Program-made: the position numbers and the translations under genes
Shown: in pieces, positions 47,467 to 57,422 of the stretch
How positions within the stretch are numbered: position 1 is the stretch's first letter
Layout of the letters: every line of letters begins with the position of its first letter
Source of the DNA: a virus
Virus record (IMG/VR): IMGVR_UViG_3300042862_000198
Coordinates: 1-64,000 of that record
Direction: 5' to 3' (one strand)
Length of the DNA stretch: 64,000 bases
The notes under the pieces: model-generated
The model's input: the letters and a program-made list of their open reading frames with translations, nothing else
What the model was told of the DNA's origin: nothing
Databases searched by the model: none

Positions 47467-50217
47467 ATGCAAATAATAAATGCAATACAAGCAAAGAATG
47501 GAGTTAAAACTGAACAGAACAAACTTGGTACTGTTACACAACCTTTACAATTTATTTCTAAAAAGGATAAGACTCAAGAATGGGCAGCTTGGAATTTAGA
47601 TTGGATTGAATTACAAGGACTTAAACAGATCCGTAGAAATGCTAGAAGGTTAATGAAAAATTATAAACTAGCAAAAGGAATAATAGATAAATCAGATTAT
47701 ATTGTTGAAGAAAATAATGAATATAGAGATGTAGTAGAAATACTAACTAAAGAAGATACATCAGCTTTAGAATTAAAATTTTATCCAATAATACCTAATG
47801 TTATAAATGTTCTTGTTGCTGAATTTGCAAAAAGATCAACTAAACTTACTTATAGAGCAATTGATGAGTTTTCATATAATGATATGATTGAACAGAAAAG
47901 AGCAATGGTTGAAGAAACATTACTTGCTGATGCTCAAATAAAACTAACTGCTGCATTAATGGAACAAGGTTTAGATCCTCAATCTGAAGAAGCAGCACAA
48001 CAATTATCTCCAGAAAATCTTAAATCATTACCTGAGATAGAACAATTCTTTAAAAAGGATTATAGGTCTATGGTAGAAGAATGGGCTACCCACCAACATA
48101 AAGTTGATGTAGAAAGATTTGGTATGGATGAATTAGAAGAAAGAGGATTCAGAGATATGCTTATTACAGACAGAGAGTTTTGGCATTTTAGAATGATGGA
48201 AGATGATTATGAAGTAGAACTTTGGAATCCTGCTATTACATTTTATCATAAATCACCAGATTCAAGATATATTTCTCAATCTAATTGGGTTGGAAAAACA
48301 GATATGATGTCAGCATCAGATGTTATTGATAGATATGGTTACATAATGACAGAAGAACAATTATCTGCATTAGAAGCTATTTATCCAATTAGAGCTGCTG
48401 GATACAATATTCCTGGTATACAAAATGATGGTTCTTTTTATGATGGTACAAAATCTCATGAATGGAATACTAATATGCCATCATTAGGAATGAGACAATA
48501 TACTTCTTTTATGGGAAGCAATGCAATTAATGGTAGTGATATAATTTCTGAAATTCTTTTACAAGGTGATGAATATTTAGATGAAGGAGGAGAGTTCTTG
48601 TTAAGAGTATCTACAGTGTATTGGAAATCACAAAGAAAAATTGGACACTTAACTAGTGTAGCAGAAAATGGAGAAGTTATTAATGAAATTGTTGGAGAAG
48701 ATTATGTTGTTGAAAATAAACCTATTTATGATAATAGATTATTTAAAAATAAAACAAAAGATAATATAATATATGGAGATCATCTTGATTGGATATGGAT
48801 TAATGAAGTATGGGGTGGAGTAAAAATAGGTCCTAATATTCCATCATATTGGGGTATGAATAATCCAGGAGGCTTTACTCCTATATACATAGGTGTTGAT
48901 AAAATTAAAATTGGTCCTTTAAAATTTCAATTTAAAGGAGATTCAACATTATATGGTTGTAAGTTGCCAGTAGAAGGGGCAGTTTTTTCAGATAGAAATA
49001 CTAAGTCAACAGCTTTATTAGATTTAATGAAACCATACCAGATTGGATATAACATAGTAAACAACCAAATTGCTGACATATTAGTAGATGAGTTAGGAAC
49101 TATTATCATGTTAGACCAAAACACTCTTCCTAGGCATTCTTTAGGAGAAGACTGGGGGAAAGGAAATTTATCTAAAGCATATGTTGCTATGAAGAATTTT
49201 GGTATGCTTCCTCTAGATACATCTATAACAAATACAGAAAATGCATTAAACTTTAATCATTTCCAGAAACTAGATCTATCTCAGACTGAAAGATTAATGT
49301 CAAGAATACAAATAGCAAACTACTTTAAATCTCAGGCATATGAAGTAATAGGTGTTAATCCTCAAAGGATGGGACAACAGTTATCTCAAATGACTGCTAC
49401 CGGAGTAGAACAAGCAGCAGCTGCATCTTATGCACAGACAGAAGTATTCTTTATTCAACATTGTGATTACTTAATGCCAAGAGTTCATCAAATGAGAACT
49501 GACTTAGCTCAGTATTATCATTCAACAAAGCCATCATCAAGACTTACTTATATAACAAGTGCTGATGAAAAAGTTAATTTTCAAATTAATGGAACAGATC
49601 TATTAATGAGAGACTTAAATATTTTTTGTAGTACTACTGCAAATCATAGAGCTGTTCTTGAACAACTTAAACAAATGGCTATGACAAATAATACTGCAGG
49701 AGCTAGTATATATGATCTTGGTAAAATTGTTCAGTCTGATTCAATTGCTGAACTTAATACTGTATTAAAAACATCTGAAGAAAAAACACAACAGCAAAAA
49801 CAACAAGAACAGCAAGCTCAACAACAATTACAACAGGAGCAATTAGCTTCTCAAGAGAAACAAAAACAGATGATGATTCAAGCTGAAGCTGAAAATCAAG
49901 ACAAACAACTTCAAAATAATATTACTGTTGCTGAAATTAGATCAGCTGGTTTTGGTGCTGCTTCAGATGTTAACAAAAATGAAATGTCTGATTATCAAGA
50001 TTCAATGAAAGATATAAGACAGTCTGAACAGTATAGACAACAAACAGAACTAGCAAGAGATAAACAATCTAATGAGAATTTAAGACAATCTCAAAAAATG
50101 AGTATTGAACAACAGAAGTTACAAATGCAAAAAGAAGTTGCAGATAAACAACTTGAAATAGCAAGAATAAATAAAAATAAATTTGATTCAGGAAATGATA
50201 AGAAAAAGAAAAGCTAG
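47467..50217 (+). CDS. portal protein
   Basis: 916 aa after TerL; YPIIPNVINVL, LMKPYQIGYN, Q-rich tail. Confidence 0.85.
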   Translation: MQIINAIQAKNGVKTEQNKLGTVTQPLQFISKKDKTQEWAAWNLDWIELQGLKQIRRNARRLMKNYKLAKGIIDKSDYIVEENNEYRDVVEILTKEDTSALELKFYPIIPNVINVLVAEFAKRSTKLTYRAIDEFSYNDMIEQKRAMVEETLLADAQIKLTAALMEQGLDPQSEEAAQQLSPENLKSLPEIEQFFKKDYRSMVEEWATHQHKVDVERFGMDELEERGFRDMLITDREFWHFRMMEDDYEVELWNPAITFYHKSPDSRYISQSNWVGKTDMMSASDVIDRYGYIMTEEQLSALEAIYPIRAAGYNIPGIQNDGSFYDGTKSHEWNTNMPSLGMRQYTSFMGSNAINGSDIISEILLQGDEYLDEGGEFLLRVSTVYWKSQRKIGHLTSVAENGEVINEIVGEDYVVENKPIYDNRLFKNKTKDNIIYGDHLDWIWINEVWGGVKIGPNIPSYWGMNNPGGFTPIYIGVDKIKIGPLKFQFKGDSTLYGCKLPVEGAVFSDRNTKSTALLDLMKPYQIGYNIVNNQIADILVDELGTIIMLDQNTLPRHSLGEDWGKGNLSKAYVAMKNFGMLPLDTSITNTENALNFNHFQKLDLSQTERLMSRIQIANYFKSQAYEVIGVNPQRMGQQLSQMTATGVEQAAAASYAQTEVFFIQHCDYLMPRVHQMRTDLAQYYHSTKPSSRLTYITSADEKVNFQINGTDLLMRDLNIFCSTTANHRAVLEQLKQMAMTNNTAGASIYDLGKIVQSDSIAELNTVLKTSEEKTQQQKQQEQQAQQQLQQEQLASQEKQKQMMIQAEAENQDKQLQNNITVAEIRSAGFGAASDVNKNEMSDYQDSMKDIRQSEQYRQQTELARDKQSNENLRQSQKMSIEQQKLQMQKEVADKQLEIARINKNKFDSGNDKKKKS

Positions 50218-50306
50218 TTTAGCTATATATTACAAAAAATTACTTTTTCTATTTTAAATTTATCAAGTTTAATTTGTATATTGAAGTATAAACAAAAACC
50301 AACAAA

Positions 50307-51560
50307 ATGAGTAAAGAAATTAATGACCTCAATAAAGAGGTGAAAGATTCTACAACGGTAGATCTAGTAGATGTAAATATTGATGAGTTATTTGGAGTAC
50401 CTGGAGCAGAAAATATAATGCTTCCAAGTAATGAAGAAGACAAACCAAAATCTATGTTTTCTAAAGAAAATGTAGATACAACGTTCCTTGACAACCCTGC
50501 AAGACCTTCTAATAAAATAGAAGAAGCAGAAAAGAAAGCAGAAGTTGATGAGACTATTGCAGAGCTTGATAACTTAATTAGTCAAGAAGAAGATGCTGGT
50601 AATAAAGGAAGACCAAAGATTGATAAGTCTGGTCTTTATGAATTAGCACAGAAAATGATTGAAGAAGGAGCTTTAGTTGCTTTTGATGATGATAAACCAT
50701 TAGAAGAATATAGTACTAAAGACTTTAGAGAATTGTTTGAAGCTAACTTCCAAGAAAGAGAAGACAAGATTAAAAAGAATGTTCCAAAAGAATTTTTTAA
50801 TTCTTTACCAGAAGAACTTCAAATTGCAGCTAAGTATGTAGCTGATGGAGGACAAGACTTAAAAGGATTATTTAGAACACTTGCACAAGTAGAAGAAATG
50901 ATTCAATTAGATCCTTCAAATGAATATGATCAAGCTGAAATTGCAAGACAATATTTGCATGCTACAAATTTTGGAACAGCAGAAGAAATAGAATCTGAAG
51001 TTCAAGATTGGAATGACTTAGGTAAACTAGAACAGAAAGCTAACCAGTTTAAACCAAAATTGGATAGGATGCAAGAAGAGATAGTTGCAAGACAGTTAGC
51101 AGAACAAGAACACAAGAAAGAACAACAAGCATCTGCAGCAAAAGCTTATACAGATAATGTATATAATACACTTTTAACAGGTGAGTTAGGTGGAATAAAA
51201 ATTGATAAGAAAATACAAAGTCAACTTTATTCAGGATTAGTTCAACCAAACTACCCATCAATTTCTGGTAAACCTACAAATATGTTAGGACACTTATTAG
51301 AAAAGTATCAGTTTGTAGAACCAAGACATGATCTTATTGCTGAAGCTCTTTGGTTACTTTCAGATCCTGACGGATATAAAGGTAGAGTAAGAGAACAAGG
51401 TAGTAAAGAAGCTACTGAAAAAACAGTAAGAATGTTGAAAACAGAGGAATCTAGAAAAAATACTCCTTCTGCCCGTGATGATGAGCAGGAAGATAGAAGA
51501 TCTAGCAAACCTCAAAGAACAATTCCTAGAAATACTGGAAATATATTTAGGAAATTTTAA
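50307..51560 (+). CDS. putative scaffolding protein
   Basis: Acidic helical protein between portal and MCP. Confidence 0.65.
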   Translation: MSKEINDLNKEVKDSTTVDLVDVNIDELFGVPGAENIMLPSNEEDKPKSMFSKENVDTTFLDNPARPSNKIEEAEKKAEVDETIAELDNLISQEEDAGNKGRPKIDKSGLYELAQKMIEEGALVAFDDDKPLEEYSTKDFRELFEANFQEREDKIKKNVPKEFFNSLPEELQIAAKYVADGGQDLKGLFRTLAQVEEMIQLDPSNEYDQAEIARQYLHATNFGTAEEIESEVQDWNDLGKLEQKANQFKPKLDRMQEEIVARQLAEQEHKKEQQASAAKAYTDNVYNTLLTGELGGIKIDKKIQSQLYSGLVQPNYPSISGKPTNMLGHLLEKYQFVEPRHDLIAEALWLLSDPDGYKGRVREQGSKEATEKTVRMLKTEESRKNTPSARDDEQEDRRSSKPQRTIPRNTGNIFRKF

Positions 51561-51588
51561 TTAGTAACAAATAAAAACAAAATAAAAA

Positions 51589-53205
51589 ATGGCAACTCCA
51601 GTAATGAACAATGGCATATTCCTTCGGGATACAGCCTATGCAGCTAGTTCCCATGTGGATTCTTACCACTTGGTGAACATGCTAAAAGACGCAGAACCAA
51701 TGGACTTAGGTCCAGTGGATTTATGGGCTATGTCCCAAAAGGTAGAAATGCCTCTTTATCAAATGTCCTCATTTGGTGGGAAAAATGTAATTAATGTAGA
51801 TAATGCTCGTGGAGAGTACAAATGGCAGACTCCTGTTGTTATTGACCTTCCATACATTATTGAAGACATTGAGTCAAGTAATACATTTAAAGGTATTGAT
51901 GGTGCAACATTCCGTATTAAACTTAACAGGAGAGAATTTGGACATGGTGATATTATCACATATGACAAATACAATGGTGTTGAGATGTACATTACAGCAG
52001 ATGATATCCTTACTTTAGGTGATGGATTTATCTATACTGTACAGTTAGTAAACAATGATAACTTCAAATACCTAGATAATAAGTATTTAGCTAATGGTAC
52101 TAAAGTATTCCGTAAGGGTTCTGCCCGTGGGGAATATGGAGAAAGATTCTCTGACATTACAACAAAAACAGGATTCCGTGAATTCTATAACTTTGTTGGT
52201 GGAGCAGAAGCTCATGTACATTATTCAGTTTCTTCACGTGCTGACTTAATGATCAAAGGTGGAATGAATGCAGATGGTACAGTTCCTGTAACTGAAATCT
52301 GGAGAACATTTGACAAATCAATTGATCCATCTATTTCTTCTTTAGAAGATATGGTTAAAGTAATGGGTAAAGATAAAGTTAAGAAAGCATTTGATAATGG
52401 TGACTTATCTAGAACTTTCCTTACTGGAATGGAAGCTGCACACTTATCTAAAATTGCTTCTGACATTGAGACTTACTTAATGTGGGGACAAGGTGGTAGA
52501 GTACGTCAGGATGGTCCAGATGATTTAAGGTTATCAGTAGGTCTTTGGAAGCAGTTGGATAACTCTTTCAAAAGAATCTATAACAAGAATAACTTTACAC
52601 TTGACCTATTCCGTTCTGAAATTTATAATTTCTTTAATGGTAAAGTTGAGTTCCAAGGTCCAGATCCAAAACGTTCACTAGTTGTACAAACTGGTATGGG
52701 TGGTATGCGTATGGTAAATGAAGCTATTAAAACTGAAGCAGTTTCTTCAGGTTTATTAATTCAAGCTGCAGACATAGGAGCTATCACAGGAAAAGGAATG
52801 GACTTGAACTTTGGATTTGCATATACTTCATATGTAATACCTTTCTTAGCAAATGTTAAGTTTGTGCTTAATCCAGCATTTGATAATGTTCATACTAATG
52901 ATATTGAAAACCCAATCATTGATGGTTTCCCATTATCTTCTTATAGCTTCATTATCTTTGATATCACTGATAATACTAATGACAATATCTTCTTATTGAA
53001 GTTGTCTTGGGATAATCAATTGAAGTGGTGGTACCAAAATGGAACTATGGACTATATGGGCCGTACACAAGGATTCCAGTCTTCAGGACAATTTAATGGA
53101 TACCGTGTAATGATGTCTCAAACAATGCCAGCTATTTGGGTAAAAGACCCAACTAAAGTTTTAAAGATTGTAATGAGAAACCCAATCACTGGTGGATCTT
53201 TCTAA
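51589..53205 (+). CDS. major capsid protein
   Basis: crAss-type gene order; G...QL, TGMGG, WVKDPTK motifs; biased codons; strong terminator after. Confidence 0.85.
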   Translation: MATPVMNNGIFLRDTAYAASSHVDSYHLVNMLKDAEPMDLGPVDLWAMSQKVEMPLYQMSSFGGKNVINVDNARGEYKWQTPVVIDLPYIIEDIESSNTFKGIDGATFRIKLNRREFGHGDIITYDKYNGVEMYITADDILTLGDGFIYTVQLVNNDNFKYLDNKYLANGTKVFRKGSARGEYGERFSDITTKTGFREFYNFVGGAEAHVHYSVSSRADLMIKGGMNADGTVPVTEIWRTFDKSIDPSISSLEDMVKVMGKDKVKKAFDNGDLSRTFLTGMEAAHLSKIASDIETYLMWGQGGRVRQDGPDDLRLSVGLWKQLDNSFKRIYNKNNFTLDLFRSEIYNFFNGKVEFQGPDPKRSLVVQTGMGGMRMVNEAIKTEAVSSGLLIQAADIGAITGKGMDLNFGFAYTSYVIPFLANVKFVLNPAFDNVHTNDIENPIIDGFPLSSYSFIIFDITDNTNDNIFLLKLSWDNQLKWWYQNGTMDYMGRTQGFQSSGQFNGYRVMMSQTMPAIWVKDPTKVLKIVMRNPITGGSF

Positions 53206-53223
53206 CCAGTTACTATAATAAAC

Positions 53224-53251
53224 AAGGAGGGGGAAACTCCTCCTTTTTTTT
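53224..53251 (+). terminator. intrinsic terminator
   Basis: AAGGAGGGG GAAA CTCCTCCTT plus T-run. Confidence 0.85.
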
Positions 53252-53304
53252 GATTTTAATTTAACTTAACCAATAATAATAATAACTAAAAACCAACAAA
53301 CAAA

Positions 53305-54321
53305 ATGGAAAATTTCACAATGGTAGAAACCGGAAAAGGATCAGCTAAAGTAACACCAATAGCTATAAGACCTTTTTTTGATTCAAGTGCTTCTAATATG
53401 GGCTTAGAAGATTATGGTATGTCTTTATTTGATGGGGTAACTCATCATGAACAATTAGCATGCTTAGAAAATAATGGAGTAGTAAGATATTTAACTGGCT
53501 TAAATGAATTTTCTCCAGAAATTAGATTATTAAATGAAGATGATAAAAATGCAAGAGTTAGAGAAATAAGATCTGCAGTATCTGAATTAGAAAAAGAATT
53601 AGCTGCAAATGTTATTGAATTAGATGATCCACAATTTTGGAATAAAGTAAAATTATTAAAACCTGATAATTCTCAATTTTGGAATAAAATTAGTATTGCT
53701 TGTGGAAATGAACCTTTATTTTTGGATCCAAAAAATCCATATGATAGAATTAAATTATATGGAATTGAAGCAGGAGGATTTTCATTGGTAGCTAAAAGCT
53801 TTGAAGATGCAAGATCAAGACCAGTTGCTCCTAAGTTTTACTTAGATAAAACAGAAGAAACAGTAATGGCTAGAACTGAATATAAGAAGTTGCGTAATAA
53901 GGCTCTTTCTGAACTTCAGAAATTATTTGATAAAAATAGTACCAAGTTATTCTACATTGCAAAAGCTGTAGATATAAATAGTACACAATATAAAAAGTCA
54001 ACACCTAATGATGTTATCTATGAAAACATGGATAACTATATCAATGGTTTAGGTGGAGAAGGTAATAAAGAACGTGCAGCTAAATCTTTTGTTGAAACTG
54101 CTAATTTAGATATGGAATCATTAAAAATCAAATCAATTGTAAGAGATTCCGTTTTTTTTAAGTATATTATAAATAAGGCAGATGGTTATATTTATCATAC
54201 TAAGTCTGATTCATTACTAGGAAGAAATGTAGCAGATGTTGGTGAGTATTTAAAAAATCCTTTAAATGAGGATATTTTAAAAGATTTAAATATTGCTGTT
54301 GAGAAATATTGGAACTCTTAA
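53305..54321 (+). CDS. conserved crAss-like protein downstream of MCP
   Basis: YLTGL, FW, LDPKNPYD, YLKNPLNED. Confidence 0.65.
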   Translation: MENFTMVETGKGSAKVTPIAIRPFFDSSASNMGLEDYGMSLFDGVTHHEQLACLENNGVVRYLTGLNEFSPEIRLLNEDDKNARVREIRSAVSELEKELAANVIELDDPQFWNKVKLLKPDNSQFWNKISIACGNEPLFLDPKNPYDRIKLYGIEAGGFSLVAKSFEDARSRPVAPKFYLDKTEETVMARTEYKKLRNKALSELQKLFDKNSTKLFYIAKAVDINSTQYKKSTPNDVIYENMDNYINGLGGEGNKERAAKSFVETANLDMESLKIKSIVRDSVFFKYIINKADGYIYHTKSDSLLGRNVADVGEYLKNPLNEDILKDLNIAVEKYWNS

Positions 54322-54333
54322 ACTAAAAATAAA

Positions 54334-55026
54334 ATGAAAGCAAAAAAAATGCAATATGGTGGTGTTAAAAAAATGCAAAAAGGTGGACCTAAAATGATTA
54401 GTACAGTAAAAGGAACCAGTGCAATAAATACAAAACTCAATCCAAAAAAAATTATTGAAACAGGTTTTAATTATAATACTGAATTAGCTAAAAAACAAAA
54501 AGCTGATACTGCCAAAAGAACTGCTGCAAAAGCAGCATCTGGTAAAAAAGTTAAAGCTGTAATTGAAGGTATAACTAGAGATAATCCTAAAAAGACTCCT
54601 ATTAAACCAAAAGCAACCACACAATATAAACCTGTCGGAAGTGCAAAAGTTTCTATAACAAATTCAAAAATAAAAATTGAACCTAATTTAGGTAAAAATA
54701 GTTCTTCTGTAAAAACTCCAGTTAAGACTCCAGTTGTAAAAACTCCTGCTGGTAAAACAGTATCTGAAATATGGAAAGAAAAAACGGGAACCTCTTGGTC
54801 TGAAGCTAAGAAAAAAGGTTTAACAGATGGTTCAATGAAAGCTAATTTAGCATTACTTGCAAAATTAAAATCTGGTTCATTTGATAAAGAAAATCAACCA
54901 CCAGCAAAAATGGAAACAAAAAAAGCAACTGATATGAAAGTATCAAGTACAGGTCCTACTGAATTAGCAGGAGTTAAGTCTCCAGAGAAAAAGAAAAAAG
55001 GTGGTATTATTAAAACTAAAAAATAA
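54334..55026 (+). CDS. Lys-rich protein with xxGG motifs
   Basis: MQYGG, MQKGG, terminal KKGGIIKTKK. Confidence 0.65.
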   Translation: MKAKKMQYGGVKKMQKGGPKMISTVKGTSAINTKLNPKKIIETGFNYNTELAKKQKADTAKRTAAKAASGKKVKAVIEGITRDNPKKTPIKPKATTQYKPVGSAKVSITNSKIKIEPNLGKNSSSVKTPVKTPVVKTPAGKTVSEIWKEKTGTSWSEAKKKGLTDGSMKANLALLAKLKSGSFDKENQPPAKMETKKATDMKVSSTGPTELAGVKSPEKKKKGGIIKTKK

Positions 55027-55035
55027 TAATTAATA

Positions 55036-55374
55036 ATGCCAAAAGATGCCTGTTATTCTAAAGTAAAAGCACAGTATGCTGTGTTTCCTTCAGCAAGGGC
55101 TTCTCAAGCAATTGCTAAATGTAGGAAAGGTTCTGGCGTAGTTAGAAAAACTAAAGCTGGTACAAACCTTAAAAGATGGCAAGCAGAGAAATGGCAAGAT
55201 ACAAAATCAGGTAAAGCTTGTGGTGCCGGTGGTTCTAATGAATATTGCCGGCCTACAAAAAGAGTATCAAAGGATACTCCTAAAACAAAGTATGAACTAA
55301 CTCCTTCTAAACTAGCTGCTAAGAAAGCTGAGAAGTCAAAAGTAGGTATGGGAAGAAGAGTAAAAAAAGCATAG
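55036..55374 (+). CDS. small basic protein (DUF5872-like)
   Basis: KDACYSKVK..FPSA; LKRW..EKW; YCRPTKRVS. Confidence 0.65.
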   Translation: MPKDACYSKVKAQYAVFPSARASQAIAKCRKGSGVVRKTKAGTNLKRWQAEKWQDTKSGKACGAGGSNEYCRPTKRVSKDTPKTKYELTPSKLAAKKAEKSKVGMGRRVKKA

Positions 55375-55376
55375 TT

Positions 55377-55649
55377 ATGGCAAAGACAGCAGCTTGGACT
55401 AGAAAAGAAGGTAAGAATAAAACCGGAGGTTTAAATGCAAAGGGAGTAGCCAGTTATAGAGCAGCTAATCCGGGATCTAAACTTAAGATGGCAGTCACTA
55501 CTAAGCCATCTAAGTTAGATCCAAATGGCAAAGCAGCAAAGAGAAGAAAAAGTTTTTGTGCTAGAATGTCAGGAATGCCTGGTCCTGCAAAAAAACCAAA
55601 TGGAGAACCTACAAGAAAAACTCTTGCTTTAAGAAAATGGAATTGTTAA
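55377..55649 (+). CDS. small basic protein (DUF6321-like)
   Basis: GGLNAKG, RRKSFCARM, ALRKWNC. Confidence 0.7.
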   Translation: MAKTAAWTRKEGKNKTGGLNAKGVASYRAANPGSKLKMAVTTKPSKLDPNGKAAKRRKSFCARMSGMPGPAKKPNGEPTRKTLALRKWNC

Positions 55650-55665
55650 TTAAACTATATATATT

Positions 55666-56052
55666 ATGAAAACAAAATGTATGAGCTGCGGAGGTTCTAT
55701 GAAAAAAATGGCAGTAGGAGGAACTACTACTAAAAGAATAATTAAAAAAAGTACTGGTGGTATGTATGGTATACCTCAAGAAAATATGGGTACTTCTGAT
55801 CAATATGGTTTTGGACAGAAAGGTGGTACTGTTAAAAAACCTCTAAAGAAAACAAGAATTATTGATAGTAAAATTCCAATGAAAGGTCCAGGTGCTCCAG
55901 TATATAAACCTCTTTTAGCAAAAAAAGGTGGTACTGTAAAAAAAATGAAAACAGGTGGTGCAACTAAAGCAGCTAAGTTTGCAGCATTAGCTCCTCCATA
56001 TAATAAAGCAACTTTTGCTGACAAAATTGTTGGTGCTAAAAAGAAAAAATAA
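55666..56052 (+). CDS. basic protein with repeated xxGG motifs
   Basis: MAVGG, STGG, QKGG, KKGG, KTGG; TFADKI. Confidence 0.65.
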   Translation: MKTKCMSCGGSMKKMAVGGTTTKRIIKKSTGGMYGIPQENMGTSDQYGFGQKGGTVKKPLKKTRIIDSKIPMKGPGAPVYKPLLAKKGGTVKKMKTGGATKAAKFAALAPPYNKATFADKIVGAKKKK

Positions 56053-56198
56053 TGGCTGAGAAGAAGGATAAGAAGTGGATACAAAAAGCAGTTAACCCTA
56101 AACATAAAGGTTACTGTACTCCTATGTCTAAACCTACTTGTACACCAAAGAGAAAAGCATTAGCTCGGACATTTAAAGCAATGGCTAAAAATAAATAG
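56052..56198 (+). CDS. small basic protein (48 aa)
   Basis: KWIQKAV...GYCTP...KALARTFKAM. Confidence 0.65.
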   Translation: MAEKKDKKWIQKAVNPKHKGYCTPMSKPTCTPKRKALARTFKAMAKNK

Positions 56199-56201
56199 AA
56201 C

Positions 56202-56900
56202 ATGTTAAATAGCACTATTACTATAAAAATGAAGCAAAGGCTTAATAAGCTTGACAGCAATGACTATGATAATATAGAGTGCTGGCAAATTGTTGAGTCT
56301 TTTAATAAAGCACAAGTAGAGTGGACTAGGAGACAATTACATGGAGGTAATCAATATAAAGAAGGAGATGAACAATCTACTAGAAGAAAAGATGACCTAC
56401 AAGTATTAATGAAAAAATATGATTTATCATTATATCCAAAAGATTATTATTATTTTGCAGCATTACCGGAAGATTATTTACAATGGAAAAGAACAGATGT
56501 ATTTGCCAAAAATGATTGTTGTGATAAAAGAAGAATGACAGTATATTTTGCAGAAGAATCAAATCTACAACAATTATTAAATGATAAACTAAAACAACCT
56601 AGTTTTGAATGGGCAGAAACATTTGCTACTTTAATAGGAAATGATGTACATATATATACTAACAATCAATTTAATATAGAAAGTGCAGACTTAATATATT
56701 ATAGACAACCTATTAAAATTCAAATAGAAGATTGTATTGATCCTTACACAGGTGTAGTATCTTTAACAAATGTACAATGTGAATTTAAGGATGATATAAT
56801 AGAATTACTAATTGATGAAGCAGTAAGTATATTAGCAGGAGATTTAGAGTCTAATAATCAGTTTGCTAGAGGAAGTGCAAATGCAGAAAAAAATAACTAA
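56202..56900 (+). CDS. putative ring/head-tail connector protein
   Basis: LNKLDSN, FNKAQ, YYRQP, IDEAVSI. Confidence 0.6.
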   Translation: MLNSTITIKMKQRLNKLDSNDYDNIECWQIVESFNKAQVEWTRRQLHGGNQYKEGDEQSTRRKDDLQVLMKKYDLSLYPKDYYYFAALPEDYLQWKRTDVFAKNDCCDKRRMTVYFAEESNLQQLLNDKLKQPSFEWAETFATLIGNDVHIYTNNQFNIESADLIYYRQPIKIQIEDCIDPYTGVVSLTNVQCEFKDDIIELLIDEAVSILAGDLESNNQFARGSANAEKNN

Positions 56901-56902
56901 AA

Positions 56903-57355
56903 ATGGAAAAGCCTAGACTATTAAAAAGAAATACTGAATCAACTGCATCATACTCAAGTGCTCCAGCAGGAGGCTCTATAGATACAATGACAGCAGCATG
57001 TGTATCTGAATTAATGAATGCTTCTACAAGTTTTCATAAGTTACATCTTAAAGTAACTGGTGTAGGATCATTTGCTGCTCATAAAACTCTTAATGATTTA
57101 TATGATGCATTAGTTGATCATGCTGATAATTTAGCTGAAGGATATCAAGGAGCAACAGAAAAATTACTTACTTACTCTGAGTCATCTCCTAAAACTTTAA
57201 ATAGTGTAGATGAAGGATTAAATTATATTCGTGAAATAATAAACATGGTAACTGACTTACAATCTAAAATACCATATTCAGAAATAGTAAATGAACTTGA
57301 CACAGTTAAATCAAGTTTAAATTCTGCAAAATATAAATTAAAATTCTTAAAATAG
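56903..57355 (+). CDS. Dps/ferritin-like protein
   Basis: HKLHL, SFAAHK.L..LYD, D.LAE.YQG, YKLKFL. Confidence 0.8.
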   Translation: MEKPRLLKRNTESTASYSSAPAGGSIDTMTAACVSELMNASTSFHKLHLKVTGVGSFAAHKTLNDLYDALVDHADNLAEGYQGATEKLLTYSESSPKTLNSVDEGLNYIREIINMVTDLQSKIPYSEIVNELDTVKSSLNSAKYKLKFLK

Positions 57356-57422
57356 TTTTGATATTTCAAAACTTTTTATTATATTATATATGTATTATAT
57401 TATTAACTAAAAACTAAAAACA

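Noticed and set aside
45260-53205. Introns or inteins in terL, portal or MCP
   Set aside because: Frames are continuous and no intein terminal motifs were seen
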